From Candidatus Latescibacterota bacterium (GTDB lineage Bacteria; Latescibacterota; CBDEFO01): a stretch of 64,000 nucleotides of DNA. The position numbers and the translations under genes were made by a program. The number at the start of each line of letters is the position of its first letter. The first letter of the stretch is position 1. The notes under the pieces are model-generated. The model was not told the origin of the DNA, searched no databases, and worked only from the letters and a program-made list of their open reading frames with translations. Below are positions 63,826-64,000 of this stretch, one piece after another. The DNA lies in the NCBI GenBank assembly GCA_965237525.1, contig CBDEFO010000003.1, positions 224,001 to 288,000 on the forward strand. Direction: 5' to 3'.

Positions 63826-64000
63826 CTAAGCGACGCGCCTCAAAACGCGTTCGAAAGCCTCTATAGCCTCGTCTATATCTTCTCTACCGGTTGGGATGGA
63901 GATACTGTGCATTGTCAGACCAGGGCTTGTGTGAATGCCCTCCTCAAGGAGTCCGAGATATACCCTCTGTGACAGCGCCCTATCGCTCGCAGAGCCCGCG
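63826..64000 (-). CDS. C-terminus of a probable class-III aminotransferase (partial, apparent frameshift)
   Basis: Manual translation ..VYLGLLEEGIH..HSIS / PTGREDIDEAIEAFERVLRRVA*. Confidence 0.5.
   Translation of the reverse strand, partial: AGSASDRALSQRVYLGLLEEGIHTSPGLTMHSISIPTGREDIDEAIEAFERVLRRVA

Overview
Bacterial chromosomal window. The secreted-protein repertoire (FG-GAP repeats, FlgD-Ig/T9SS-like tails, dockerin/cohesin-like modules, a TWGxxK tail) suggests a Latescibacterota-like FCB-group organism; this is inference only. Core genes: mobA, dprA, ffh-rpsP-rimM-trmD-rplS, gatB. Main observations: (1) a ~13.2 kb island bounded by a 42-bp direct repeat (12391-12432 / 25557-25598) that equals the 5' end of dprA, with a tyrosine-integrase remnant at the right end, i.e. 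an element integrated in dprA that supplies a replacement N-terminus; (2) a 4.5 kb IS1595-family cargo element with perfect 24-bp TIRs and an 8-bp TSD carrying a DNA MTase-HNH fusion; (3) a compact membrane protein + DGQHR + Dam-like MTase cassette, a candidate defence system; (4) a bpsA-speD-DUF2156 polyamine operon; (5) a ~21-bp hairpin repeat with compensatory changes found inside coding sequences; (6) a modular family of FG-GAP/IPT surface proteins with swappable C-terminal tails. Other IS elements, a MITE and REP-like repeats are present. Many accessory genes carry single-base frameshifts that may be consensus errors. No rRNA, tRNA or CRISPR array was recognised.
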